A stretch of 61,300 nt of DNA, counting the filler, from Fonticula-like sp. SCN 57-25 (lineage: Eukaryota), in NCBI GenBank assembly GCA_001724245.1. It is 2 parts of 2 records of this genome, joined end to end, with 100 filler letters (N's around TTAATTAATTAA, not from the genome) between each part and the next. Parts side by side here need not be neighbours in the genome. Positions count along the whole stretch, not along the records: positions 1 to 31,113 come from MEDX01000046.1; positions 31,214 to 61,300 come from MEDX01000047.1. One strand, given 5' to 3'. The notes below the pieces were generated by a model, which saw only the letters and a list, made by a program, of their open reading frames with translations, ran no database searches and was not told the origin of the DNA. Shown here one piece after another: positions 23,034-36,522 of this stretch. Both the position numbers and the translations under genes were made by a program. Numbering within the stretch: the stretch's first letter is position 1; each line of letters opens with the position of its first letter.

Positions 23034-24915
23034 ATGGACATCCGGCGGTTCCTAAAGGCGGTGCCGCCATCGTCCCAAGGTGCGGCGCCTCCCGAACCGC
23101 CGCCGCCCCCATCACTGGAAGCACCACTTCCGTCTCCCCTCGAGCCATTAAAGCCAATTCTGGCGGGGTCTGCGACTCCGCCTCTTACGCAATCACCATC
23201 AGCACCCGATCGACCGTTGGCGGCCATCGAGCCAAGCAATGTCCCCCAGACCAAGCGTGCGGCAGATGATTCGCCCGTTCCGAGCCCACAGCGCGTTGTC
23301 ACTTCTCTGGTGGACATTCCGTCGGTGCGCTCCGCGCGCCCTGAAGATGCCGTCGCGCACCTGATCGAGCGGGTGCGGGGTCTGGCGCGGGCCGGGTCGA
23401 CAGCGCAGGCCGTGCGCCTGCTTGAAAAGGCGATCGACAAGGAGGACACGCCCCTACTCGTTGACCTCTTGCGCCGCGAACTGCGTCGCCTCAAGGCCCT
23501 TTTGGCGACGCCGGCCACGGCCGCCGACGCGTCCAAGCCGACATCGCGCCATCGTTCGGCCGATCACAAAACGGGCTTTGCTGACGTTGCCGACGAGGTG
23601 CTGCTGAGTGTGTTTTCGTACCTGCCTTTCCGAGACCTTCTACGCTGCCAGCGCGTGTGCCGGCGGTGGCGGCGTCTTGCCGCAGACGCGTCTTTGCTCG
23701 GTGATATATGCTTTGCGCCTCACGGGCGCCGCGTGCGGCCCCACCTGGTCGACCTGATGGTCGTACGGTCCGCGAGCAAGTTGCGCTCGCTCGACCTCAC
23801 CGACTGCATCCAGCTCAACGACACGGCCATTCGTCGCCTCTCGTCGCCCTTTGTTCCTTCTCTTAACCGGCTCGTTCTGGTGCGCTGACACACGACAAAC
23901 CCGCCCATTTCTTACTGTTCGCCTGTAGGATGGCTGCACCGGCATATCCGCGGCGGCCATTCGGCAGACCGTCATCTCTCTCAGCGGCACGCTCGTGTCG
24001 CTTTCGGTCCGTCGGACGCAGGCGGACGACACTTCGCTTGTCCCGATGCGCGACCTGTCCAAGCTTGTCCTGCAGCGCCTCGATGTTGGCGGCCTGTCGT
24101 CTCTCTTTTCGCAGCTCCAGCGCAGCGGCGTCCCACCCCAATGGCGCGGCATCAAGCACCTCACGTCGCTCAATGTGAGCGGGTGCGGCAGCCTGACGGA
24201 CGCGATGCTCAACTCGATTCTGCGCTGCACGCCGCAGCTTGAGGAGCTTAATGTGGAGCAGTGCCCGCTCGTGTCGCACGGGATCTTGCACACGCTCGGC
24301 GCGCGCTGCCTGTCCTTGAAGAGCCTCAGCTGCGGCACCATCTTTCTAGTCCGTGTCGACTGGTGCACGCCCGACGACAGCGTGCTCATGCTGAGCGCGG
24401 GGTGCGACCGGCTGATGCGCCTCAGCGTTGGTAACGCAAAGAACTGGACCGACAGCATGGTGAGCCACATCTCGACGCTCGGCGGGCTCACAGAGCTCAC
24501 CCTGCTCTTTGCGCACAGCCTCACCGACGCGGCCTTTTCATCGATTGCAAAGGGCCTTCGCAATCTTGTCACGCTCAGGATCCAGCACACAAAGCTGTCA
24601 TCGCTGGGCATTCAGCCGCTCGTCATCGGGTGCCAGCGGCTGCAGCACCTCGATGTCGGCTTTGCTGCCCGTGTGGACGATGCGGCGCTCGACCTGATCG
24701 GCGACTTTCTGTCCGGCTTGAAGGAGCTTTGCGTTGCGCAGAGCGCCGTCACGACGAGCGGCGTGAAGCGGTGCGCGACGCGGCTCGCGGCGACGCTCGA
24801 GGTGCTCGACATTTCGTACTGCTTTAGCGTGTCCATGATGGGATTGGTGGCCGTGCGCGAGCTGCTGCCGCGCGCCACTGTCATTTACAAGACGGACGTG
24901 GCAACAACAATCTAG
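23034..24915 (+). CDS. F-box/leucine-rich-repeat protein; 1 intron (about 23880-23928)
   Basis: F-box FADVADEVLLSVFSYLPFRDLLRCQRVCRRWRRL followed by Cys-containing LRRs (LRSLDLTDCIQLND, LTSLNVSGCGSLTD). Confidence 0.9.
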
Positions 24916-25111
24916 GCGTGTGTGTATCCTCTAGGCATTTTGTAACACTACTGCATCCCATGCTAGATATTTAAAAGCGTATTCTCTATATATGTTATAC
25001 AAATTGTGATGATACGCTACAAGGCTTCAAAATAAACAAAATCAAGGAATAAAAATACTAGGATCAATAATACAGTAATAGATCCATCGTGTAGCTCATT
25101 CCTCGGCTGCT

Positions 25112-28100
25112 CTACAAAATGCCGTTTGTATAGTACTGATACTGGTCGTACAGCGTTGTGTACACGTTGTTGAGACTGGACGCGATCAGTCCGTCAACGA
25201 GCGCCGCGCACTGCTGGTCGGTGAGCGACTGCTGGAAGCGCTCCTGGAACTGGCGCGCGGTCGTGTCGGCCGCCTTGCCGCGGTTGCCCGAAAAGCACGG
25301 TAGGCTCGACCGCTCCTCCATGAGCTCGATGAGCACAGCGAGGCTCTCTGCGTGCTTGCGCAGCGACAGGAATCCCTTGAGGAAGAGGTCGCGGAAGGAC
25401 GCGTAGACGGGCGAGTCAACGCCGCCCATCACGTCAACGTACTCTTGCGTCAGCTTGAACGGCGCCGTCTCAAAGCCGACGCGGCCGGGGGAGCTCGTAA
25501 GCATGAAGCCAAAGTCAATGTGCACCAGGTGTCCGCTGCGGTCAACAAGAATGTTGCTATTGTGCCTGTGCGCGAAAGTGTCAGGAAAGTGAAAAGAAGG
25601 AAAGCAAGAGGAAAGTGAAGGAAAGAAAGGAAAGGGGAATGAGGTCGAAAAGAAAGCATAAAAAGAAGGCTATGATGCGGACCTGTCCTTTAGGCTGAGC
25701 ATGTACGTCACGAGCGAGTAGCCGACCAAACTGCCAACGAACGCGGTCTGCGCGCGCTGGAACGCCTCCGACGTCGGCTCTCCAAAGTCCTATATTCCAA
25801 AGTTCAGCGTCAACATGACAGTCATGGCCGTGGCAGCGCGTACATGGATAAAGTGCTGCAGTAGCGTGTACTCTGCACCCTCAGTCAGCAGCCCGTTTGC
25901 GTACGCGTGCCGCCTCATCGAGTGGATGGACACTGCGTCGGTGACCGTCTCCATGAGGCCGCTCGACTGCGACGTGACCATGACGCGGAACGGCCGCACG
26001 AAAATGTCGGTCAGGCCCGACGCCTCCCAAATGTTGCGGAACTCGGAGATGAGCTGGCAGCCGAGCTGCTCCTGCCGCAGGTCGTCGCCCGTCTTGACGA
26101 TGACCGAGAGGAGCCGCCAGCGGGGGTCCTTGCCGTACGGCGACGACGCACGAATGCGCTCCATCTTGAGGTCATAGTCCTCCTGGAAGATGATGGCAGA
26201 CGGGTCGTCCGCGACGTTCTTCATGTCCGTCAGGGAATCGCCATGCGGCGCGCGACGCTTCAGTTTCCTAAGAAAATGCCGCGCGGTCAGTTTACAGTGG
26301 CCGCACATGTACCAGCGTACCGCTCCGTGACGAGCGACTTCATCTGGCTGATAATCTTGGAGCGGATCTCGAGCGTCACCGAGCTGCTGCCGTCGTGCCT
26401 GTCATGTGCCCTAGAAAAACGCATATTTAATACTAAAGTGTTAAAGATGCTGATAAATGCGCACGAAAGCTGTGAAAGCAGCACGGACGCCGTGCGCATC
26501 TGCTCGTCAATCTGCGACTCTGCAGGGTTGGCATTCATGTCGTGGCTCTGCGAGCGCTTCATCCTCGGCGTGCGCGGCGTGCGTGGCAGCGGCGGCGCCA
26601 GCGTAGACGTGTCGACCGACACTCGGGGAGTGGGTGCCGCCGGCGCCCGAAACTCAGAGTCCCCCGCAGTCAGATGCAGCGTGTCGTAGGGGTCCACATT
26701 GCCGTCGGCCTCGAGAACCTCGAGGTACATGAGGTACGGTACCTACGCGTCCACCGTGAGCATCGCTGCGTGGCAAAAGAGTAAAATGTGCGCACCCTCG
26801 TCCTCGAGTTGAGGATGGCAGACTCTTGCGGCAGGACGCGGACGATGACGTGGTGGGCAAAGATGTCATCGTCGTGCGCCGTGCACCACAGCGGCGCGCA
26901 CACGCGAGCGGGAAGATTGTGGTTGAGCAGCGCGAGCTCTGCTTCCAGCGTGCCCTCTGCAGCAAAATGTCAGCGACCAACGACGGTCAGTGAGGAACGG
27001 CGTACGGCGGGTATCCGGCGGGACAGACACGAGCCGCTGGCCGATATCCTCTAATGTAAGCACAAATGTGATTTCTGAATGAAAGTAGTGCGGGATACTG
27101 AATTGGTGATGAGCGCGTTTCGACTTGCGCGTCTGGCTCGTCGGAAGGAGGTTTGCGCTCAGGAATCTGCGCGGCGAGTCAGCGGCGAGCGCCGTGCGGC
27201 ATCCGCGCGTACCTCTGAAACGAAAATCCGCGCCCCGTTCGCATTTCCTCCATTGATGGGACCTTGAATGTGGCGAGCGGCGTCGGCAGCTGCTCTGGCG
27301 GCGCGTCCTCGAGCTGCTCGACCATCTCGTTTGGCTCGGGCTCCTCGTTCGTCGCGTACGTGAGCACGAGGTCGCGGAACGGAAGCACGAGGTCGGGGCA
27401 GGCAACAGCCGCCATAATCAGGCCAAGCCCCATGCCCACAACCGGGACGTTGTTGGGCTGCAGCCGCCGCGGCGCAAACGCCCCGCCCGCGAGCGGCCCC
27501 AAGGTCGAATCGTGCGACATCGACGGGCGAAAGTCGGACGACACCGACGGGCTAACGTCGGCGGCCGATAACGAGTTGCCGCGGCTGCGGTGCCCCCTCG
27601 GCGTACTGTCGCCATCGTTGCCGACCACAGAGTTGCGGCGGCTGCGCGCCGGCCGCTCGTTTTCGCGCCCGAGGCCAACAAGCATCGGGTGCGACGCGCT
27701 CGAAGGCAGCCCCGCGGCCACCGCGCGTGCCTGGCGACGAGCAGAAAAGCCCAAGACGTGCGGAGAGGGCGTCCGCGTCGGCGGTGCTGAGTTTGCAGCG
27801 CTGCTGAAGCCCCTCTCGTCGGCATTGTCAAACGACCGACTGGGATCGGGCGACGGCGCGTCGCTCGGCCGCCCGGAAAAGACGATATTCCGGCATGTCA
27901 TGGCAAGCTTTAGGCACACATGGTACGAGGGATTCTCCGAGTCCGCCGCGTAATCGCTCGTGTACGCGTTCACGTACCAGTACAGCAGAACGGCCGCGTG
28001 TGTTGACCGATGACACAGCCAGATTAGAAACTCTTGAAGCGCAACCGAGCTTTGCGGCCGAATAACAGTCAAATGGCTGCACAAATAGCGCGCGAGGTCA

Positions 28101-28323
28101 GCACGCCGCGCAAAGCAACGCATCTCGAACCGTACCAAAGCTGCGGCAGGTAGTACTCGACCTCGTGCGGTGGTTGCTCGCGAAGCAGCTGACAAAGGTA
28201 ATGCTGCACGCCCGCATCCGTATACTTGAACAGGTACGTAACTGCCAGCCACCGGTCAAACATTTCCGACTGGAACAGCCGCAGAAGCGACGACGGGTTC
28301 GGCTGCGTGACCGTGTCGCCCAT
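25112..28323 (-). CDS. PIK1: Phosphatidylinositol 4-kinase III beta (Pik1); multi-exon
   Basis: LLRLFQS..EVEYYLPQL, YFHSEITFV..LEDIGQRL, VPYLMYLEVL, DDPSA, RIRASSPYG, VIVKTGDDLRQEQL, KDRHN, HIDFGFML, FETAPFKLT, YDQYQYYTNGIL. Confidence 0.95.
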
Positions 28324-28537
28324 CTTTCGTCGCGTCGGCCGGCCCACCTGCAAGTGGCGGGGGCTAATCGAATGTGCACGACGATCGCCCACGTGGGTAT
28401 TATCACTTCGGACTCACCGGGGTGATACCTGTGGCTATATGGACAATTGTGCTCGCGCGCGCCTCATTAACGTAATTTTCTATTGTCATTATTTTGAAAA
28501 ACATAAATACCAACAAACATATTGGGCCACAAGCACT

Positions 28538-29969
<1,432 letters not shown>

Positions 29970-30280
29970 TTTCCCTCGGAACCTGGCTCAGCAGCAGTCA
30001 CACCGACACGTGAGAGATCAAGTTTGCATTTTGCACATTTCTGCAGCCAATCAGATTGCGTCTGGCAGGCAGCCCATGAGGTCATTGTTACCTTACCGTC
30101 GGCCAATCAGACACGTGTGGGCAATGAATGGCCACGTGATTGCGCCTTAACAAACATACGACACATTCGCCGAAGCAGCGCGAACGAACCCACACGCCCG
30201 TCAACGCGGGCGCGGTTTTTCCCTGCGTCGTCTTTACATTTTCACGCGTTTTCAGCTTTCTCCACTGCGCTCTTGGGGAT

Positions 30281-31113
30281 ATGAAGGCTGCGATCCAGTG
30301 TCCTATTACAGGCACGGGCTCTGCCCAGGCCGAGCGCTACTACACTGCGGAGGAGGTTGAGAAGCACAACACCCGCGCCGATACGTGGGTCACCGTGGAT
30401 GGCGTCGTCTACAACCTGACCGGCTTCATGAACGGCCACCCCGGCGGCCCGGACCTCATCATGGAGCACGCCGGCAAGGACGTCAGCCTCATTATGCGCG
30501 ACGGCAGCTCGCACGACCACAGCGACTCTGCCTTTGGCATGCTCGACGAGTACCGCGTCGGCCTGCTCGAGGGATACGACGGCACCGTCCGCCCGAGGAA
30601 GCTCCGCAAGCGCCGCGAGGCCGTCAAGCTCGCTGAGGGCGAAGAGGCGACCGTTGTCGACGACAACAGCGCCATCTTTGACACCGACGGCGAGTTCTAT
30701 GACCTGATCGACCTCGACAAGCCCATCGTGACGCAGCTGTGGGCGCTCACCATCCCGCTCAAGGACTACCTCAGGTTCACCCACACGCCTCGCAACTACC
30801 GCGGCGGCGAGCCCGCGCGCTTCTTTGAGAGCGACATCATGGAGTTTTTGAGCCGCACGCCGTGGTGGGCCGTGCTCGGATGGACGCCCGTTTGGATGAC
30901 GGCTGCCTACCTGGGCATGACCATGAACAATTATTCCTTCGCCCAGGGTTTGGCGCTTTTCATTTTTGGTGTTCTCAACTGGACTTTCCTCGAGTACGGC
31001 ATCCACCGCTACGTGTTCCACGTCGACGGTATGCTCCCCGACCACCGCATCTTCATTTCGCTCCACTTTTTGTTGCACGGTGTCCACCATTTCTTGCCCA
31101 TGGATCGGTACGC
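30281..31113 (+). CDS. FA2H: Cytochrome b5-fused sphingolipid fatty acid 2-hydroxylase, truncated at contig end
   Basis: b5 heme motif HPGG; FLSRTPWW; WTFLEYGIHRYVFH; LHFLLHGVHHFLPMD. Confidence 0.93.
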
Positions 31114-31213
31114 NNNNNNNNNNNNNNNNNNNNNNNNNNNNNNNNNNNNNNNNNNNNTTAATTAATTAANNNNNNNNNNNNNNNNNNNNNNNNNNNNNNN
31201 NNNNNNNNNNNNN
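31114..31213. other. Artificial contig-joining spacer
   Basis: 44 N + TTAATTAATTAA (stop codons in all six frames) + 44 N = 100 nt. Confidence 0.95.
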
Positions 31214-31214
31214 T

Positions 31215-32156
31215 TATGGGCTGCGCGACGTGTTTGGCATTGCGACCACGTATGAGGAGTGGCGCGTGTTCTGGCTCCAGGACTGCGACGAAGCGGCCAA
31301 GAACACTGTGGTAGCCGGGTTGGGAGCTGAGGCACCGGCTAAACAGCCAGGGCTGCCGGGCATTCCTACATGGCGGCGGGGCGAGTCGGAAAAAATGGAT
31401 ATGGTCAATGCCGCGCCGGCGACGCCAATTACGGAACGTCTTGTGCACGCCGGTCCGGTGATTCGGTGGGATGACGAGCAGCTTGTGCGCACGCTGATGT
31501 CGGTGCTGGTCAAAATGACCGCCTCGCCGTCCAGCGGCGTCCCTGAGCTGGTGGACCACGCGCGCGAGTACATTCAGGTGACCGAGCACAGTTGGTGCTG
31601 GACGACGCTGCCGCCCGGGTTCGCGGTGTCAACCACCTCGGCCATGCCGCGCGGCGACGCGAGCTCGTTTCTGCTGCTGGCGTACATCGGCGAGGGCGGG
31701 TTCGGCCGGTTGTGGGTGGCGGCGGCGCAGGACGGCGCACTCTGCGTGATCAAGTTTGGCAAGGACTATACCATGTGGGAGCCTGACGCCGAGGCGAGCG
31801 TGTGGAGGGATGCGTGGCAGCTGAACGCCCGCGAGCTGGGATTGGTAGGTCGGCGCGCTCTGCTGCTGCCGTACGTTTGGACGTGCCCGCGGAACGGGCC
31901 GAGCGCGGCGGACGCACTGCATGTGCACAAGGCGACAGTGCGCGCGATTGAGCGCATGGCGGCAAGCGGCTGGGAGCACACGGACCTGACGCAACCCAAC
32001 GACGACCGGCCCAAATGGGAGCATGTGGGGCTATACTATGAGGAGGAGGAGCTTTGCGCGGTGCTGATCGACCTTGGGCTGGTGGCCAAGGTGTCCGACA
32101 AAGCCGGTGCACGCGCTGAGGCAGTGGCGAGGATGCGCAGTGCACTGGGCTTATGA
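31215..32156 (+). CDS. 5'-truncated Crinkler/RHS-type effector-like protein: end of a restriction-endonuclease-like fold plus divergent kinase domain
   Basis: YGLRDVFGIATTYEEWRVFWL (terminal strands typical of CR-REase domains); kinase motifs IGEGGFG, CVIK, E, HTDL..KWEHVG, LIDLG. Intronless. Confidence 0.6.
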   Translation, partial: YGLRDVFGIATTYEEWRVFWLQDCDEAAKNTVVAGLGAEAPAKQPGLPGIPTWRRGESEKMDMVNAAPATPITERLVHAGPVIRWDDEQLVRTLMSVLVKMTASPSSGVPELVDHAREYIQVTEHSWCWTTLPPGFAVSTTSAMPRGDASSFLLLAYIGEGGFGRLWVAAAQDGALCVIKFGKDYTMWEPDAEASVWRDAWQLNARELGLVGRRALLLPYVWTCPRNGPSAADALHVHKATVRAIERMAASGWEHTDLTQPNDDRPKWEHVGLYYEEEELCAVLIDLGLVAKVSDKAGARAEAVARMRSALGL

Positions 32157-32447
32157 AGGCATGGAGGCGTATTGTACATTGTATCAGGATGAGAGGTCTG
32201 TTTTCAGACTCGCTGCGGTTGATGAAATACAATTATCCTGGCAGTATATGCGCATGCAAATCAGATGTTTTCACATATTAGAGCCTATGTTGTTTTGGCG
32301 CCGCTTTGATGAAGCAGATCTTACAGTCTTCTGATACAGTTGTATTATTTCATCTTGTTGTAAATCTCATCGAAAAAATTGACATTCTAGGTGTAGGGAA
32401 ACGAAAACAAATAAGCGAAAAAGGTCCATGGTCGGCTGCATAGATAT

Positions 32448-33362
32448 CTAGTTGATATTCAATTCACCGCTGAGGACAAAGACGGTCTCCCCGACGATGC
32501 GCATGGCATCATTCTCCAAGAGCGTGATCTGCAGATCGCCTCCTCTCTTTGACGCCTGCCGCGCAAAAAACTCCTTCTTCTTAAGCACGTCTCGCCAATA
32601 CGTTGAAATGTACGAGTGCGCGCTGCCCGTCACCGGATCTTCCGGGATGCCGATCCACGGCGAAAAATGCCGACTGATGAAATCGTACGGCGCTGCGCCG
32701 CCGCGCGTCGTGACGGTCACCGAGCTCACGCGCGAGCCGTCGTGCACCTTCTTCATCGCTACGTGATCGGGAGCAAGAGCCTCGAGCCCCTTTCTCCCGA
32801 GCACGTCGTCATCGAGGTGCACCAGGATGCGCTTACGTGACGCCGCGTACATAACGCGATTACCAGGCGCAGAGGCGGCGGCATCTCCGAGCGCCGCGTT
32901 GAGAATGGCGGAAAGCTCAGAGGAAGAAAGACCCGCGGCATCGATGGGGCCAACCTCGAACGTCGGCATGGTGAGCGCCACGCCTCGCTCGCCGTCGCGC
33001 TCGGCATCGAGATCACCGCTCATGGTGGAGAAAACAAGCTTGGAAGAGACGTTTCCAAGTTTGAAAAAGAGAAGCGCGGCGGTGGCGAGCGTCGCATGGC
33101 CGCAAAGCGACACTTCCACTTGTGGTGTGAACCACCTGAGCAGAAAGCGCGACGAGGATGCCCAGTCGCCGTGCTCGGCCGGTGTCACAAACGCCGTCTC
33201 GCTCAGGTTCATCTCGGCCGCAATGTTGCGCATATCATCATCGGAGATGGGCCACGGCCGAGAAGCGTCGCCAGAGTTGTCGAGAAGGCAGATGGCCGCC
33301 GGGTTGCCGGTGAAAGCAACCGACGTAAATGCGTCCGCCTGAAAGATGCGCAGCGGAGCCAT
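32448..33362 (-). CDS. PhzF/PBLD family isomerase, intronless
   Basis: DAFT..FTGNPAAIC, IAAEMNLSETAF, LRWFTPQVEVSLCGHATLA, SRHFSPWIGIPEDPVTGSAH, QASKRGG. Confidence 0.93.
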   Translation of the reverse strand: MAPLRIFQADAFTSVAFTGNPAAICLLDNSGDASRPWPISDDDMRNIAAEMNLSETAFVTPAEHGDWASSSRFLLRWFTPQVEVSLCGHATLATAALLFFKLGNVSSKLVFSTMSGDLDAERDGERGVALTMPTFEVGPIDAAGLSSSELSAILNAALGDAAASAPGNRVMYAASRKRILVHLDDDVLGRKGLEALAPDHVAMKKVHDGSRVSSVTVTTRGGAAPYDFISRHFSPWIGIPEDPVTGSAHSYISTYWRDVLKKKEFFARQASKRGGDLQITLLENDAMRIVGETVFVLSGELNIN

Positions 33363-33473
33363 GTTTGGTGGCGGGAATCAGACGAAATCAGATACAATCA
33401 GGAAAATAAGATTTCGGTAAGGATACGGAAAGGCTGCTTTGTGTGTTTGGCCTGCGCAAAGAACACGGCAGGG

Positions 33474-34299
33474 ATGCCGTCGTATCACTACACAGATGCG
33501 ACGCCGGACGAGACGGTGGTGAACAGCGTCGCGTTCCTCAACGGCCTTGAGCTTGACGTCTTTGCGCCTGTCGCGCGCACTTGTTTCCTTTTCCTTACTC
33601 AGCCCTCCTCGGTATGCGATCTGCCCAATGTCCGCTGCGCTCCTAACCGCGGTCGAGCAGACGGCGGAGCTTCTCGCGCGCCTTGATGCGATCGGCGAAG
33701 AGAAGCGCGTCAGCCCGAACGCGCTCAAGCAGGTAGTCCGTTCGGTGCTCGGCGTTCTTCGCGGTGCGCTTCGGAAAAACGTCACGCCAAAGCAGCTTTT
33801 TGAGGATTTCGCCCAGCTCGGTACGCGAGCCGATCCCCAGTGTAAAAGACGCATCTGTGCTTACTGATCACCTCTCTTTGTCTTGTTTTTGCCTGCAGGA
33901 CTGGCGCAGGAGCGCGCTGAAGGAATGGGCAAGCTGTGGGGATCGAACCTTGGCGCCATGTCGCGCGTCGTGATCGCTCAGACCCTTGTCGTCAACAAGC
34001 TCGTTGATATGGAGTGGAAATTTGGCGGTACGCCCCGATGCCTCTTTCCCCGCTTTTATTGACGCGCGTGCAGTGACGACGGGGACGGACCGGCAGCGTC
34101 GGTTGGGCGCTGCGTTCCTGCAGCTCAAACTTGTGCTCGACAAGGGAAACGGGCTGGAAAACGTGTTCCTCGGTACGACCGCGCACGCGCAGATGGCATC
34201 GTGAACTAACGAGCGGATCTAGAAATGACGCTGCCGCAGTTCTATCAGTTCTTGCAGGATATGGAGCAGGCGAGGAGCAGCCTCGAGTACTACAGCTAG
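33474..34299 (+). CDS. COMMD7: COMM domain protein, COMMD7-like; 4 introns
   Basis: Spliced product has GALRKNVTPKQLFEDFAQLGL, QTLVVNKLVDMEWKFGVT, GAAFLQLKLVLDKG, EMTLPQFYQFLQDMEQARSSLE. Confidence 0.88.
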
Positions 34300-34514
34300 A
34301 TAGGGCGAGACAATGGTGATTCGGTCGGCGTTGCAAGCGCTGTCTATTATGTTTGTTCCGAGACGCTTGCTAATAGAGAAACTGTTACTTTGAGACTTTC
34401 TTGCCATGATCACACCAGTATTAAAGCAAAAGAATTGATTATTTTACAGCCTTTATATTACTCGTGGCGGTATCCATGCTGTACTCGCACCGCCACTACA
34501 CAAAATTACACTGA

Positions 34515-36367
34515 TCATTCTTTGCTGATCTCGTCCTCGTAGCACTGCAACTGGAACATGATCTGCTGGCTTCCCTTTTCGCCAGCGCTGTTCCTGAAGC
34601 GCACAAACCGGAAAACGCCCTCGTCGCGCATAACAAGCGCGAGGCTGTTTGGCACCGGGCGCAGCGTCAGCAGCGTGTCCTCCTCGCTCGTGTACACAAT
34701 GTCGCCGCCGCTCTGCGCGACGCCCGCGTCGTCCATCGAGCCGTCGCCGTCGGCAAAGTAGATGACGTCAAGGCCGGGAGGGTACGTGATGACGTCATCG
34801 TCGTGGACGAGCGTGTAGTGGCCAATCAGGAAGCGGGACACGGAGAGCGGCGCGTGCGACGAGAGGCCGTCGAGGCCGGTCAGCGCGCGCACAAGATCGC
34901 GGAACGACGTCGACTCAAAGTATGACGTCAGTTGTGACGTCACTGATTGTGTTGGTGATGTCACTGCCTCTTTTTCTGTATAGATACCACCACACATCAG
35001 CCACAGTGAATGTATCGGACGTTGCGCACCCTTTGCCAACACGTCGTGGTGCCGCCGGTGGGCAGGCCCGCTCTGCGCCCACGTGGCATCTCGTAGCGAC
35101 GCGAGAAGGGCCGCGTGGACGTCCTTGTCGAGAAAGTTGTGCAGGACGACGGTGGACTCTTCGATGAAGACGTCGCGGACGCGCGCGGCGACGGCGGCGG
35201 TGGAGCGGTACGCGGCGGAGAGCAGCGGAGGCGCTTCGGGCGCGTCGGCGGGCACGAAAGGAAGGTGCTCGGCCGCTTAAAAAGAAAAGAAATATACGTC
35301 AAAATCAGAGCCAGAATGGCGCGTGCGAGGTAGGCGACAGCATAGCCAAAGCCAGGAACAACAACCAAAAGTGACCGAAAACCTACAAAAGCGACCAAAA
35401 AAGCAACCAAAAACACACACAACACCAATAAAAATGGTTTACGCACGTGGCTCGCTCCACCTCGGCGGCGGCGGCAGGCTGGCGTCGGCGTGGAACCACC
35501 CCGATATCGAGATGCGCTCGCGGTTGGGCGCCGAGCAGGTGACCTGCGCGACCTGGTGGTACGAAATTGGCGACACTTCAAAAAAGGCGATCGAGTTCCA
35601 TTCGGGGACCAATGAGCGCACGACATTCCTCGGCTGCCCATTCTCATCGCTGTATATCGATGGTCAGCAGAGTGCTCAATCAACGGCAAAGACACACGTG
35701 GTCCTCGTCTCAACGCAATGATTCGCAAAGAAACATTCATAAATAAACAACCAAAAAGTACCGACAACACATAAAACAGCAAAAAAAGCAAAACAAGTTC
35801 TCTTTCGTACGTGTCAAAGAGGTCGAGTGCGCCGCCGTCCTCAGCGGACCAATCCTCTGATACCAGGTATACAATAAAGGCGACGCGCCTCCCATCAAGC
35901 TCGTCGTCATGGCAAAGCAAATAATCTGTGTGCGCGTACCGCGCGGCCGACATGTCGATCCGGTCCGACACCTGCGCCCCGATGACGCTCGAGATCATGC
36001 CGCGGAACGACTCGCTGTAAATCGCGTTGCGCAGCGCCACGAGGGCGGGATTCGTCGTCACAGCAAAGTCGTGGCGCGACTGGTGAAACTTGTAGAGATC
36101 ATTCGACTTTGGCACAAACAAAGAGTCGTCGCGGATCGCGTTTAGCGCATCGCGCAAAAGGCTGGGATCAAAGACGTTGCGGAGGCGGCACGCAGGGAAC
36201 GGCGCGCCAATCACCTCATACGATCCCGCCGGATCGGAACAATCGACCCGCTTCTGAAAGCCAGACGAGATGGCCGACAGGTCATTCTCTGACAGACCGC
36301 GCCAGCCGGGCGCAGGCTTGCCGGAATCCGACGGCTCGTCCAAGCGCACGCGCTTCGCCTCCGACAT
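34515..36367 (-). CDS. OGFOD1: Prolyl 3-hydroxylase OGFOD1/Tpa1; 3 introns
   Basis: PFP, DLYKFHQS, YLLCHDDELDGRRVAFIVYLV, GGALDLF, PEWNSIAFFEVSPISYHQV, RISISGWFH, second inactive dioxygenase-like domain (PVPNSLALVMRD). Confidence 0.92.
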
Positions 36368-36408
36368 GGCGGGCACCGTGCAGTCGTTCGTGTACGTGGC
36401 CACCAAAA

Positions 36409-36448
36409 GTCACGTGATGTAACTTGTCACGTGACAAAGTTGACATCA
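36409..36448. promoter_or_regulatory. Double E-box within an imperfect palindrome in the OGFOD1/MCO divergent promoter
   Basis: GTCACGTGAT at 36409 and TTGTCACGTGACAA (perfect 14-bp palindrome) at 36424-36437. Confidence 0.55.
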
Positions 36449-36522
36449 TCTCTCGTCATGGCGGGAGCGTTTCTCCGACATTGCGGGCGCTTGGGCTTTT
36501 ACTTGCGCCTTTCCCCGCCGCC

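Noticed and set aside
30281-32156. FA2H adjacent or fused to the kinase-like ORF; TTAATTAATTAA as a biological site
   Set aside because: Synthetic spacer; adjacency across it is not evidence of linkage.
32448-33362. Bacterial HGT or phenazine pathway from the intronless PhzF gene
   Set aside because: PBLD/PhzF homologs are widespread in eukaryotes, codon usage is host-like and no other phz genes are present.
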